Origin: an uncultured Spirochaetota bacterium
GTDB lineage: Bacteria > Spirochaetota > Brevinematia > Brevinematales > JAOACQ01
DNA: 64,000 nt
NCBI GenBank assembly: GCA_963783575.1
Contig: CAWAOD010000009.1
Location: forward strand, 128,001-192,000
Direction of reading: 5' to 3'
The position numbers and the translations under genes are program-made. The notes beneath the pieces are model-generated. The model ran no database searches and had not been told where the DNA came from. It saw only the letters and a program-made list of their open reading frames with translations. Positions 20,075 through 30,693 of the stretch are shown here, piece after piece (the stretch's first letter is position 1; the number at the start of each line of letters is the position of its first letter).

Positions 20075-21576
20075 AACGCCTGTTTGCCGGTTTGTGTCTG
20101 ATATTTGCCTTATCCATAAACATTTTTCCTCAAAGCACAAATTCCACAGTGAATACTTCATTGGCGAAAACTTCATTGGTGAATACTTCACCAGAGATCA
20201 GAAACTACATTTCTCAATGTGAGTTTATGCTTTTTTCTCCCTCGTTGGAGAATATTATAACAACATCAAAGTCAGTCCTTAAGCGCTTTTACGGAAGAAA
20301 TTATAATGAAATGCTTGAGAAGATAAGCACTGATTCAAAAAGCCTGTATGGTCTTGATATCCTGGATTTGAAAAATTTGGAATCGGCAGGGATAAATATT
20401 AAACTGCCTATTGCTTATGTTCATATTTCAAATCAAACCGGCTATCTATTAATACCGATAATCTCTAAAAAAATCATAGAAAATTTTATTAAAAAGACAT
20501 TAAGTGAACCTATGCCATATAAATTCATGGGAAATTACATATGTCTTTCGGAAAAAAATACGGCTCTTGATATCTTAGAGAATACGAACCGTCTTGCCCA
20601 GAATGAAGGATATAATTTAGCTTCCCAGAAACTGAATTTTGCCTGGGACAGGAATTTCGCCTGGATTGAAAGCCGTTATTTGAGTGATGTATCATCATCA
20701 CTGGGGGTTTCCTCCAATATTAAAATACCATACGGATTTACAGCGTTAATTTTAGATTATCAGGAATCTAAAATTTCCGTTAAAACTTATTCCGGTATTA
20801 TTGATCCGAAACAAACTGATTATATAATAAATATGAGAAATGTTTCGGCTTCTGAAAAATATAATATTTTTGACTATATCTGGGGAAGTCCTGCGATAAT
20901 TGCAAATATTTACCTTAATGTGCCGATGGCTTATAAGTATTATAATTATATAGATACAATCAATATTCTAGGAATTAAAGGTTTTGTAGCAGAGATGCTG
21001 CAAAAATACAATATTAATATTGAAAGAGATCTTATAAATAATACTGATGGAAGACTGAAAATGGTAGTTGACAAATTTGATACCATTCAGAATGATTATC
21101 TGGTATACGGTTCATTGGGTATTAAAGATACATCGGTCGCTGGCAGTTTTATGGATTCTGTAAAGACGGCAATTTTACAGACAGATGGAAAATTATATTC
21201 TTTTGAAATGTTTACAAAACCATTTTATCATTATCAATCGACAAATTATTCAATCTACTATGGAGTGATCGAAAATGAATTTGTCTTCTCAACAGACAAA
21301 GACAGCCTTGTTCAACTGGTAAAAAACCTTTATGAAAATAAAGGCGGATATGCAGCAAAACTTCCGGAATTTTTTCGGTTGTCAATCAACGATAAAAAAC
21401 TAGGTTACTTTATATCCATAGATATACAAAGTCTATTCAGCAATATTAAAACGAGTGTTGAAATCAACAAAGACTTTCTGGTCGGTATAAAAGAAATCGA
21501 CATATATGGAAATCCAGATCTTGACGGTACACCATATGGATGGAACACTACTATAGATATTAATTATTATCAATAA
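20071..21576 (+). CDS. Hypothetical exported protein
   Basis: 501-aa ORF with signal peptide, coupled to the upstream stop. Confidence 0.7.
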   Translation: MKRLFAGLCLIFALSINIFPQSTNSTVNTSLAKTSLVNTSPEIRNYISQCEFMLFSPSLENIITTSKSVLKRFYGRNYNEMLEKISTDSKSLYGLDILDLKNLESAGINIKLPIAYVHISNQTGYLLIPIISKKIIENFIKKTLSEPMPYKFMGNYICLSEKNTALDILENTNRLAQNEGYNLASQKLNFAWDRNFAWIESRYLSDVSSSLGVSSNIKIPYGFTALILDYQESKISVKTYSGIIDPKQTDYIINMRNVSASEKYNIFDYIWGSPAIIANIYLNVPMAYKYYNYIDTINILGIKGFVAEMLQKYNINIERDLINNTDGRLKMVVDKFDTIQNDYLVYGSLGIKDTSVAGSFMDSVKTAILQTDGKLYSFEMFTKPFYHYQSTNYSIYYGVIENEFVFSTDKDSLVQLVKNLYENKGGYAAKLPEFFRLSINDKKLGYFISIDIQSLFSNIKTSVEINKDFLVGIKEIDIYGNPDLDGTPYGWNTTIDINYYQ

Positions 21577-21698
21577 CAGTCGATTAGTTAGCTAGTCAAT
21601 TAGTTGGTTAGCCAAATTATAGAAAGCATGAGTTCGCAAAGCAAAATCATATTAATTGAATAATTTATTGACTAATCGACTAACAGGCTAACTAACTG
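21577..21698. repeat. Inverted arrays of degenerate 8-mers forming a long hairpin
   Basis: cagtcgat-tagttagc-tagtcaat-tagttggt facing gactaatc-gactaaca-ggctaact-aactg. Confidence 0.7.
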
Positions 21699-21846
21699 CT
21701 TGGCAGACTGAAAAGATTTATATTGTGAGCCTTGACTTATTATAATTTTGTTTTATCATTTATGGATTAAATAATTTATTATCAAAAATGTTATCCGATG
21801 CGGGCATATTTAATTTTCTACTGAAATATTCACAACGGAGTAAGTA

Positions 21847-22332
21847 ATGGAAAAACAATTCGTAAGTTTTGAGATCGCTCACAATAAATATTGTATAGAT
21901 ATTATGGATGTCAAAGAAGTAGTCAAAGAAAATAATATAACCGTGCTGCCGGATTCTCCTTTTTTTGTTGAAGGAATTATGAATTTAAGGGGTATAGTTA
22001 TCCCGGTAGTATCTGTTAAAAAGAAACTGGGTTTAAAAGACAAAGATGAACCCGGAAATAATACCACTGGTGTTAAAGGCAGATCTAACAAACTTATTAT
22101 AGTAATGATTGAAGGAGTTTTAATTGGTTTCCTTGTTGATAGCCTGGATAGGGTATTTTCTATCGACAACACACAGATCCAAGCATCGGAAAGACTGTCA
22201 GACAGCAGTATTGATAAAACATTGATAAATGGTGTTGTAAAGCTGGAAGAGCAGCTTTACCTGATCCTTGATATTAAAAAACTTCTTGATTTTGAAGAAA
22301 AAACTTTCATAAAGAAAGAAATTATAGAATAA
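21847..22332 (+). CDS. cheW: Chemotaxis adaptor CheW
   Basis: VEGIMNLRGIVIPVV, GFLVD, LILDIKKLL. Confidence 0.92.
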   Translation: MEKQFVSFEIAHNKYCIDIMDVKEVVKENNITVLPDSPFFVEGIMNLRGIVIPVVSVKKKLGLKDKDEPGNNTTGVKGRSNKLIIVMIEGVLIGFLVDSLDRVFSIDNTQIQASERLSDSSIDKTLINGVVKLEEQLYLILDIKKLLDFEEKTFIKKEIIE

Positions 22333-22469
22333 AAATATTATAAGATAAATAAGCATCATCAGAATTATTAAATAAATGAATTTCAAGTTAAATCTTTTTG
22401 TAGTTGTTTTTTTTTGGGAAATATGATAATATTAACTAGTCTTTGAATTAATATAGCTGAAATGCGAGT

Positions 22470-22515
22470 CTGGCCTGCCTACGCCGGTATCTCCGGCAGG
22501 TAGACGGCAGACAGG
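22470..22515. repeat. 46-bp GC-rich REP-like palindrome (copy 1)
   Basis: 44/46 identical to 35775-35820. Confidence 0.9.
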
Positions 22516-22576
22516 CCGAATGGATCAATAACCGAGCGGCATGCTTGTAAAAATTACCCAAAGGAGGATTTAATAT

Positions 22577-23632
22577 ATGAGAAAAGCTAGTTTATTAACA
22601 TTAGTTTTATTGTTTACCGGTATTTTGGCTGGATATTCCCAGCAAACAACTGCACCGGATCAACCCGCAAACCAGAATACCAATCAGGCTGTACAGACAG
22701 TCTCTAATGATAATAATTCCAATGTTCAGGAACAAGCGGCGGAAACATCTTCAAATACAAATGCCGCGCCGATTATTACTGAAGAAAAAGAGGTTTCCCC
22801 GGTTGGAGGTGTTACTTACAGTGATGGCACAACAACATATGCATCCGGCGATGTTCAGTTTGAAATCCAGGCTGTTGAAGATATTTCCGGTGTTAAGCAA
22901 ATTGAAGCAATGCTTGATGATTCGTCTTTTTCAGTATATGAAAAACCAATCGGATTCGATTCCGAGGGACAGCATGTAATTGCATATAAAGCAGAAAATA
23001 ATGTCGGTAATGTTTCCCCGGTTAAATATTATGAATTTACTTTGGATAAAACGCCCCCGGATGCGGTATTAACATCCGACCAGAAAGCAATTCAAATCGG
23101 TGGTGTAGATTTTGTCAATTCCAATTATAACTTCAGTATTACAGCTCAGGACAGGCTTTCCGGTGTAAAAAGCATTGAATACAGCGTTGATGGCGGTGAA
23201 TATCAGGCGTATTCAGCTGTTTTTGCTATTCCCGGTCCAAATGGAATGCATAAAATCGAATATAAATCAACAGACAATGTTGGTAATGAATCAAAAGTAA
23301 AAGCATATGACTTTAGCCTTGACATAAATCCTCCAACGGTGCAGATTGATACAACACCCGCTCCATTCGTTAAAGACGGTGTTAATTATATTTCAGGATC
23401 CTCCCTGATAGTAATTACAGCAAGCGATGCTGAAACAGGAATATCTTCCATAAAATATACAATTGACGGCGGAGATGAAATTAATTATTCTTACCCATTT
23501 AAGCTGACAGGCGGCCAGCACACTATAAAAGCTAAAGCAACCGACCTTCTTGGAAATGTAAGCGATGAAGTTTCACTTATTGTTACAGTTGATGTTAACG
23601 TACCGGAAACAGAAATTAAGGCTACAAAATAA
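22577..23632 (+). CDS. Exported protein with OmpL47-type/Ig-like repeats
   Basis: Three repeats of D..SGV..I.Y..DG...Y..P....G.H.I.YKA.DNVGN. Confidence 0.8.
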   Translation: MRKASLLTLVLLFTGILAGYSQQTTAPDQPANQNTNQAVQTVSNDNNSNVQEQAAETSSNTNAAPIITEEKEVSPVGGVTYSDGTTTYASGDVQFEIQAVEDISGVKQIEAMLDDSSFSVYEKPIGFDSEGQHVIAYKAENNVGNVSPVKYYEFTLDKTPPDAVLTSDQKAIQIGGVDFVNSNYNFSITAQDRLSGVKSIEYSVDGGEYQAYSAVFAIPGPNGMHKIEYKSTDNVGNESKVKAYDFSLDINPPTVQIDTTPAPFVKDGVNYISGSSLIVITASDAETGISSIKYTIDGGDEINYSYPFKLTGGQHTIKAKATDLLGNVSDEVSLIVTVDVNVPETEIKATK

Positions 23633-23646
23633 TAATCATCAATAAT

Positions 23647-23679
23647 AAAAAAGCGGGGTTAATTACCCCGCTTTTTTTT
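23647..23679 (+). terminator. Intrinsic terminator
   Basis: gcggggt-taatt-accccgc followed by a T-tract. Confidence 0.88.
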
Positions 23680-23791
23680 AAATCAACTTCATACAAAAAA
23701 TAAAACAATCATAAAACCTCAATCTTGAAAGCAACTTGATTTTAATTTACTTACATGATAAAATCTTCTACTTTAATTTTAGGAGGATGTT

Positions 23792-24544
23792 ATGTCAGGT
23801 CATAATAAATGGGCTAATATAAAGCAAAGGAAGGGTGCTCAGGATGCAAAACGGAGCAACATGTTTTCAAAAATTGCAAAAGAAATTATTTTAGCAGCAA
23901 GGCATGGCGGCGGTAATCCCGATACAAATGCAACGCTGCGGGCCATTATTGAAAAAGCAAAACAAGCCAATATGCCCAAGGATAATATAGAAAAAAATAT
24001 TAAAAGGGGAACAGGAGAAATTGAGGGCATAATTTATGAGGAATTGACATACGAAGGTTACGGACCGGGCGGAGTCGCAGTTATAATGGATATTACAACC
24101 GATAATAAAAACCGATCCGCCGCCGAAATCAGGAAGATTTTCTCCAAACATAACGGCAACCTCGGCGAAGCCGGTTGTGTCGGCTGGATGTTTGATAAAA
24201 AAGGCTATATAGGCGTGGATGGCACAAAACATTCCGAAGATGAAATTATGGAAATCGCTCTTGATTTAGGCGCTGATGATGTTAAAAAGTCAGATGATGA
24301 AATTGAGGTTTACACATCTGTAGAATCTTACATAAGTGTACTTGAGGGTTTAAAGAACAAAAATATAAATGTTTTATCTTCTGAAGTAACAAGAATCCCT
24401 CAAAATACGGTAAAGCTTGAAAAGGATAAAGCTATGACACTTCTCAGACTTATGGATGAACTTGAAGGTCATGACGATGTCCAGAATGTCGCTAGTAATG
24501 CGGAAATTGACGACAGTGTGATGGAAGAATTTGCCAATTCATAA
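23792..24544 (+). CDS. yebC: YebC/PmpR family protein
   Basis: MSGHNKWANIK, YEGYGPGGVA, TDNKNRS, HDDVQNV. Confidence 0.96.
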   Translation: MSGHNKWANIKQRKGAQDAKRSNMFSKIAKEIILAARHGGGNPDTNATLRAIIEKAKQANMPKDNIEKNIKRGTGEIEGIIYEELTYEGYGPGGVAVIMDITTDNKNRSAAEIRKIFSKHNGNLGEAGCVGWMFDKKGYIGVDGTKHSEDEIMEIALDLGADDVKKSDDEIEVYTSVESYISVLEGLKNKNINVLSSEVTRIPQNTVKLEKDKAMTLLRLMDELEGHDDVQNVASNAEIDDSVMEEFANS

Positions 24545-24569
24545 ATACCCATCATTTCAAAATAAACGG

Positions 24570-26038
24570 ATGATGAATGGATTTTCAGATAAAATTTATA
24601 ATACTTTTGAAAAGAAATACTGGTTATCGTTTTCAATAGTGCTTCTTTTATCAATATTTAACTTATTCTATTTCCTTGACAGCCTTCCGGTACAAAACTG
24701 GGATGAGGCAAGAAACGGTATCACAGCTTATGAAATGATCATTCATAAAGATTTTATAAAAACAACCTACCTGGGTGAAACGGATTACTGGAATACAAAA
24801 CCGCCCTTATTATTCTGGGCAATAAGCCTTTCTTATAAAGTATTCGGTTTTACACCGTTCGCTCTTAGGTTTCCATCGGCTTTTTCCGGATTGATCTCTA
24901 TTGCTCTGACAATGCTAATATCAAAAAAAAGCTTTGGAAAAACAGCGTCATTTTTATCGGGTATTATAATTTCAACAACATACGGCTTTATACACTTTCA
25001 TGCCGCCAGAAAAGGAGACTACGATTCATTATTCACGCTGATTGTTTTAATCTGCATGGCATTTTTGATGATTGCAGATAAAAATAAAATCTATTTCTTT
25101 CTATGCGCGCTTTTTACCGGCATAGGGTTTTTAGCCAAGAGTTTCGCAATAATACAGATCCTCGGGATTATAGTTTTTTATGTCTGGCTTTCGGGATTAT
25201 ACAAAAAGATTAAAATTCCGGATTATATCATATTTGCAATTTTATTAATGATTCCAGTATTAATTTGGGGAATACTCCGGTTTTCAACAGACGGTTTCAC
25301 ATTTTTCAGTAAAATGATTGATAACGACCTGATTATGAGAACCACTCAGATAGCCGATAATCTGCCTACTTTTTCCCTCTGGTATTTCGGTTCGGTTATA
25401 TCGCACTTTTTTCCATGGTCGTTTTCCTGATATTTATTCCGTTTTATAAAAACTCAATAAATACAATGACTTCGGAAAAGAAAACCGGAATAAAACTTGA
25501 GTTGAATAATATTTTTTCAAATCCTCTTTACATTTTATGGATTTTGATTCCTTTTACTTTTTTCAGTCTTGTCACAACAAAAGTTGATTGGTACATGATA
25601 CCTTTATTTCCGCCTCTATCAATCCTCTGCGGCTGGTATCTTACGGATCATATCAATGCAAAAAAAACTTTCCTTACAGGAAAAAAAATACTGGTTTTAT
25701 TAGTTTTTTTTGTTATGCTCTTTGAAGCCGTTTCGGTAATTGTAATAAATTCACAGGATAAGGAATCATACCAGAAAATCTTTAAAATTCTTAAATCTTA
25801 CCCGCCTTCATCGGTATATTTTGTTGATCGCGGAAGGAACCAGGCAGAAATATTCCTGGCGAAGGTTGTGTACCGTTATAATGTTAAAAAGACGGATGAT
25901 ATAAATACTGCAATAAGTCAGTCTGAGACCGGAGATTTTATCTTTACGGCAGATGAAAAAAATAATTATAGTAATATGGAAAATAATTTTAAAATCTTAA
26001 GCAGAGCAGATGGTTATCTTTTAGGCATAAAAGAATAA
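24570..26038 (+). CDS. ArnT/GT-C family glycosyltransferase, frameshifted near 25420
   Basis: WDEARN..TAYEM, KPPLLFW, ALRFPSA, GFLAKS; second ORF continues with TKVDWYMIPLFP. Confidence 0.85.
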
Positions 26039-26057
26039 TCCGGATTGAGGAAAATTA

Positions 26058-27254
26058 ATGGAAGAAAAAAAAATTTTATTCACCAGCAACTGTTACGGAG
26101 AGGACAGAAGCGCCGCTTTGATAGCGAGTGAATTAAAAAAAATGCTGAATCAAAATAAAGAAAATTACAGAATAATGGGCGCATCACTGATAAGCGGAGG
26201 AGAGGATTACATCAAAGAAGGTATAGATATACTGTTTTCTTCAGTTGTACCGCCATCCGGCGGCTTCCCAACACGAAGCATATCAGGTTTTCTATCGGAT
26301 ATTTTTTCAGGCTCGGTCTCAAACACTTTGAAATTCATCAAAAAAATAAAAGAAACCGGACAGATTGACCTTGCTGTTGTTGTCGGAGATGTTCCCCTTC
26401 TCTGGCTCACAAAGCGAGGTTTGCAAAAAAACACACCGACACTTTTTTTAGCCCCTGCAAAATCGGATTATATAAAACCCCATTATAAAATTGAAGAATG
26501 GTATATAAAAAAAACCGCCGATTATATCTTTGCTCATGATCAATTTACCGCTGATAATCTGTCTTCAAAAGGCCTAAACGCAAAATTTCTCGGCAATCCA
26601 ATGATGGACGGTCTGGTTCCGGAGCCGACTATTACGGATAACCTCAGGAAAATCCTGAAAAAAAACATACCGGTAATAGGAATCCTCCCGGGCAGCAGGG
26701 AAGAGGCCTATGATAATCTAGTTTTGATTTTAAAAACCACAGAAAAAATATATTCCGAAAAAGAAACTGAATTCATTGCAGCTATTCCCAAAACGCTTGA
26801 AAATTCTTCAATAGCAAAAAAAGCGGGAAAAGCAGGCTGGTCGTTTAACGCAAATATTGAGTTCATCTCTTTGCAAAAAAATAATGTGAGGGTTTTCCTT
26901 TTAGGAGGCGCTTTCCCGGCCGTGCTGGAAATGTCGGATGTAATTATTGGCCTTGCAGGCACAGCAAACGAGCAAGCTGTCGGAATGGGAAAACCGGTTG
27001 TTTCTTTTACCGGGACAGGCCCCCAGACAACCCGGCAGAGAATTGAAGAGCAGGAAAGGCTTTTGGGCGGCGCGATGAAATTTGTCAGAAATTATCCCGG
27101 CGGGGTTGTTAAAGAAGTTTTAAACCTTCTCAATAATAAAGAAGAGTTGGATAGAAGGGTAAGCATAGGAATAGATAGGATGGGAATGCCCGGAGGGGCA
27201 AGAAATATCGCGGAGTTTGTTTTAAAACATTATATTCAAGGTAGAGTGGTTTGA
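26058..27254 (+). CDS. Lipid-A-disaccharide synthase-related protein
   Basis: SNCYGED, PSGGF, GNPMMD, ILPGSR, AGTANEQAVGMGKP. Confidence 0.85.
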   Translation: MEEKKILFTSNCYGEDRSAALIASELKKMLNQNKENYRIMGASLISGGEDYIKEGIDILFSSVVPPSGGFPTRSISGFLSDIFSGSVSNTLKFIKKIKETGQIDLAVVVGDVPLLWLTKRGLQKNTPTLFLAPAKSDYIKPHYKIEEWYIKKTADYIFAHDQFTADNLSSKGLNAKFLGNPMMDGLVPEPTITDNLRKILKKNIPVIGILPGSREEAYDNLVLILKTTEKIYSEKETEFIAAIPKTLENSSIAKKAGKAGWSFNANIEFISLQKNNVRVFLLGGAFPAVLEMSDVIIGLAGTANEQAVGMGKPVVSFTGTGPQTTRQRIEEQERLLGGAMKFVRNYPGGVVKEVLNLLNNKEELDRRVSIGIDRMGMPGGARNIAEFVLKHYIQGRVV

Positions 27255-27314
27255 CAAAGTTTTACCGGAATAGTATAATTTATTATTCCATGATAGTGTA
27301 AAACGGAGGAACAA

Positions 27315-27513
27315 ATGGATGCGAAACATTTCCCAGTTTATAGTATCCTGTCCCGTATTAAAAGGCTGCCATTCTTACGGTAAAACAATAGATATGGATA
27401 ATATCAGAGAAGCTATAGAATTGTGTATTGAAGATGAAAATATTCAACTAGATAATAAATTTATTGGATTCAGGGGTATTGAGGTTGCAAATCATGAGAT
27501 TGCCTGTCATTAA
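27315..27513 (+). pseudogene. HicB-like antitoxin with internal deletions
   Basis: RBS+ATG 27315 (MDAKHFPV), then a shift into IVSCPVLKGCHSYGKTI...NIREAIELCIE. Confidence 0.7.
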
Positions 27514-27594
27514 ATGGAAAATTTGTAATTATTCAGCCATCATAATTAAAATAGAAAAATTTACTGGAAGAAAAGAAGGCACGAAGAATGTGTT

Positions 27595-27756
27595 ATGACG
27601 ACCGAATATAAAACCTGTTTTATCGATACAAATATTTTGATCTATCACACTTTTTCTATACTGGGTCATTATGATAAATGCCTTTTAATTCTGGAGGACT
27701 GCTCAGTAGGAAAAATTCAAGCATTTTTTTCTTTACATAAATATAGATCAACATGA
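27595..27756 (+). pseudogene. Truncated PIN-domain (VapC) toxin
   Basis: Manual translation MTTEYKTCFIDTNILIYHTF..., stops after 53 aa. Confidence 0.6.
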
Positions 27757-27813
27757 TATAAATTTCAATAAGAAATAGCTGCATCAAAAGACAGTGAATA
27801 GGAGCATTGAAAA

Positions 27814-28605
27814 ATGAATCATGATATTCTTGTTGAACAATTCTGCACTCCTCATCAACAGGAGGAGACCGATTTTGACAAAGAGGTTTTTGCTGATGCA
27901 AAAATCCTGGATATTAAGTTTGAAAATCGTATATTGAAAGGTTATTCTATGGGTATTGGGAAGAATATATTACTGGTTCATGGATGGAGTTCCCGTGCCA
28001 GCCACATGGCACTGCTTGCCCGATACCTTGTAAATAACCAATTTCATGTCCTAGTTTTTGACGGACCAGCTCATGGGGACTCCAGGAGAAAAGAACAGAA
28101 AGATATGTCCAATATGTTTGAGTTCGGCAGGGCTATTTCATGTGTTGCAAAAAACATGGGCAATATTTATGCTGTGATCGGCCATTCCCTCGGAGCAACA
28201 GCCGCGGCATTTACTTTAGCGGGAACAGGACTTCTAAACAATTACCAGATTGCAACGGAAAAACTTATTTTAATTAGTGCTCCTGAAAGCATATCAAGGA
28301 TCATTGAAAATTTCAGCCGGAATAGGAATGAAATGGATAAAATGACAGAACTGACACAAAGTCTGGAGCAAGCATTTAACTTCAAAGTATCAGATTACAG
28401 CCTGTCATCAGCATTAAAATATCTGAATACCAGTATTTTAATCATTCATGATAAGCTTGATGTGGAAATACCAGTTTCTGATGCGCTGATGTTGAAAGAA
28501 GCAAATGAAAGATTCAAACTGATCTTGACTAAAGGCTCTGGTCATCAAAAGATACTTATTAACCGGGATATGCTCCGTGCTGTGAAAGAATTTTTGTTAA
28601 CATAA
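27814..28605 (+). CDS. Alpha/beta hydrolase
   Basis: LLVHGW, FDGPAHG, GHSLG, IHDKLD, GSGHQKIL. Confidence 0.9.
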   Translation: MNHDILVEQFCTPHQQEETDFDKEVFADAKILDIKFENRILKGYSMGIGKNILLVHGWSSRASHMALLARYLVNNQFHVLVFDGPAHGDSRRKEQKDMSNMFEFGRAISCVAKNMGNIYAVIGHSLGATAAAFTLAGTGLLNNYQIATEKLILISAPESISRIIENFSRNRNEMDKMTELTQSLEQAFNFKVSDYSLSSALKYLNTSILIIHDKLDVEIPVSDALMLKEANERFKLILTKGSGHQKILINRDMLRAVKEFLLT

Positions 28606-28838
28606 ACAATGAATACAGTGGAAATAATTACTTAAATTGAAAGAAGTAAAATATTGTGTCAGCTCAAAATTTGGGGAAAATAGGAGTTAAAGAATAATTA
28701 TATTGACAACCTGAATCGGTCGGTTTGATAAAGCCATTCAGGAGTATTATAATTAATTGTAGCGGAGGAAATATAAATGGATTGTTCTTAATGGAGCAGA
28801 TGTGAAGCAGGAAGAATGGTACCTTCAATAACAATAAT

Positions 28839-28890
28839 ATTGACACATCAGTTTTGATTGAATATTTTAAAGGTAATTATAGCGAATTTC
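28839..28890 (+). pseudogene. Second PIN/VapC N-terminal remnant
   Basis: IDTSVLIEYFKGN in frame from 28839. Confidence 0.45.
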
Positions 28891-28899
28891 AGTGTTCAA

Positions 28900-29613
28900 T
28901 TATTTCCTGCCCCTCGGGCAGACTGAAACGCAAATCCCGCATAAACTGATATCCTTTCCGAAATTTTTTCTCGATAACCTTCGGTTATTCTCCCGGCATT
29001 TAAATGGATCGAAGAATTCGTTCCTGTCGATATTTACATTCCAAAGCCTGCCGCTGGCGGCCTTCGCAGGGCAGCAATCCACACAAACTGAACATGATCC
29101 GCACATGCTTTCCTCTACCGGCTCATTTGCCGGTATGACCGGGACGCCGATAAGGATGGACGCAAGTCTTACCCTTGGACCGAATCTCTTGGAGACAAAT
29201 AAAGCTGTTTTACCTATCCAGCCAAGACCGGCCCGTGTTGCCGCCATTTTATGTGAAAAATCAAGCCTAAGCGTCTGAAAATATTCATCGCCGAGCTCGC
29301 TGTCCTCAACAGTGGACTGAATGCCGCGGGATGAGATTCCTTCCGTTTTTAATAGAGAACAAATTTTGTCAATACAGGTATTCAATTCTCTGTTTATATC
29401 ATTATAATGATTATAATATTCTAAAGTCGGCCCACCATAAATTGAATCGATAATTTCATCATCCAGTTTTCTGATTATTGCAATACCGGATTGAAAATCT
29501 TTATAATCCGGCGGCAGAAGGCCTTTTAGATCGGCAAAACCGAATTCATAATAAAGGTCTGGAAGTTCAGACAATAAAATTCTTTCAATAACTTTCTGCA
29601 TATTTCCATCCAT
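28900..29613 (-). CDS. QueG-like 4Fe-4S double-cluster protein
   Basis: SHKMAATRAGLGWIGK, FGPRVRL, CGSCSVCVDCCP, CGICVSVCP. Confidence 0.85.
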   Translation of the reverse strand: MDGNMQKVIERILLSELPDLYYEFGFADLKGLLPPDYKDFQSGIAIIRKLDDEIIDSIYGGPTLEYYNHYNDINRELNTCIDKICSLLKTEGISSRGIQSTVEDSELGDEYFQTLRLDFSHKMAATRAGLGWIGKTALFVSKRFGPRVRLASILIGVPVIPANEPVEESMCGSCSVCVDCCPAKAASGRLWNVNIDRNEFFDPFKCRENNRRLSRKNFGKDISLCGICVSVCPRGRK

Positions 29614-29716
29614 AACAAACTTAACAAGTCCGGAGTTTTGTATGTCCAGACCTACACTTATCAAAATTCCCTTAAATTGATTGTTAATGTTCTGGCCGAT
29701 GCCAGAATATTCACAA

Positions 29717-30672
29717 TCAATAGGGGTCCCACTCAACATCCGCAAAATCCTCGGGTTTTGTCCTTTCCCAGCGGTCATGCAAAAGCGAAAACCACTGGTC
29801 GGGATACATCCGTATATACTCTTCATACCGGCTGTTTATCCAGGCCATTACACTTTCGCAGTCTTTCTCCATATCCCCGGTATTCTCAAATTTAACGGCG
29901 TCCTCGAAAGTAATTAAATATTTCCCGTCCGGCTGCCGTATTGAAAAAGCCATCATCAGCGGAGCCCATATTTCAGATGAAGCTTTGCCGGCCCATCTGC
30001 AACTGCGCTCTGCATTCCGAAAAAAGGCACAAAGATCGGTTTGAAATAATAGGTTTGATCAGCCATCGTACCTATAATGCCGCCGCTTTTCAAATGCCTT
30101 ATAATCCTTATAAGGTCTCCCACCTCATTGTAAAAACACTTAACCTGTCCCCCTTTTTCACGGATTTTCCTCAGCCAGGCATCGGTATAAGGATTGAATT
30201 GCCTGTTTATTATTACACCGGCATTATTACCCAATTTAGCGGCTATACTGCAGAGATATTCCCAGTTTCCAAGATGCGCCGAAACGACGATAAGGCCCTT
30301 TCCTTCGCTTAAAGCTTTATCCATTTTCTCATAGCCATCCATTTCGATAAAATCATGATAATTATCCTTTTTGAGCGATCCGATCTTTAAATACTCAATC
30401 ATGCCTATTGCAGCATTAACCAGAAGCCTGCGGATAATTTTATCCTTTTCCTCCGGAATCAAGGGTTTATTCTTAAATATTATATCAAGGTTCCTATACG
30501 CTATATATTTATAATTGCCGGTAAAATAATAAAGAATCTTTGCTAAAAAACCAATAACACTTCTTGCTGTCTTTATCGGCAGTAAACTTAATAACTTACC
30601 TGCCGGTACTAGAAGACAATATTCCAGAATATATGAAATTTTTTGTACAAACCGGACTCTTCTTCTTCCCAA
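29717..30672 (-). CDS. Lipid A/lysophospholipid acyltransferase (LpxL family), frameshifted near 29960
   Basis: SAHLGNWE, MADQ, VPFFG; C-terminal YPDQWF..HDRW lies in the second ORF. Confidence 0.88.
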
Positions 30673-30693
30673 AACATCCCTCCGAAAAATAAG

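Noticed and set aside
20145..20190. 15-bp repeats in a CDS
   Set aside because: They encode a low-complexity linker (VNTSLAKTSLVNTS) after the signal peptide
29614..29826. N-terminal extension of the QueG-like ORF
   Set aside because: It overlaps the true C-terminus of the frameshifted acyltransferase; a later start is more plausible
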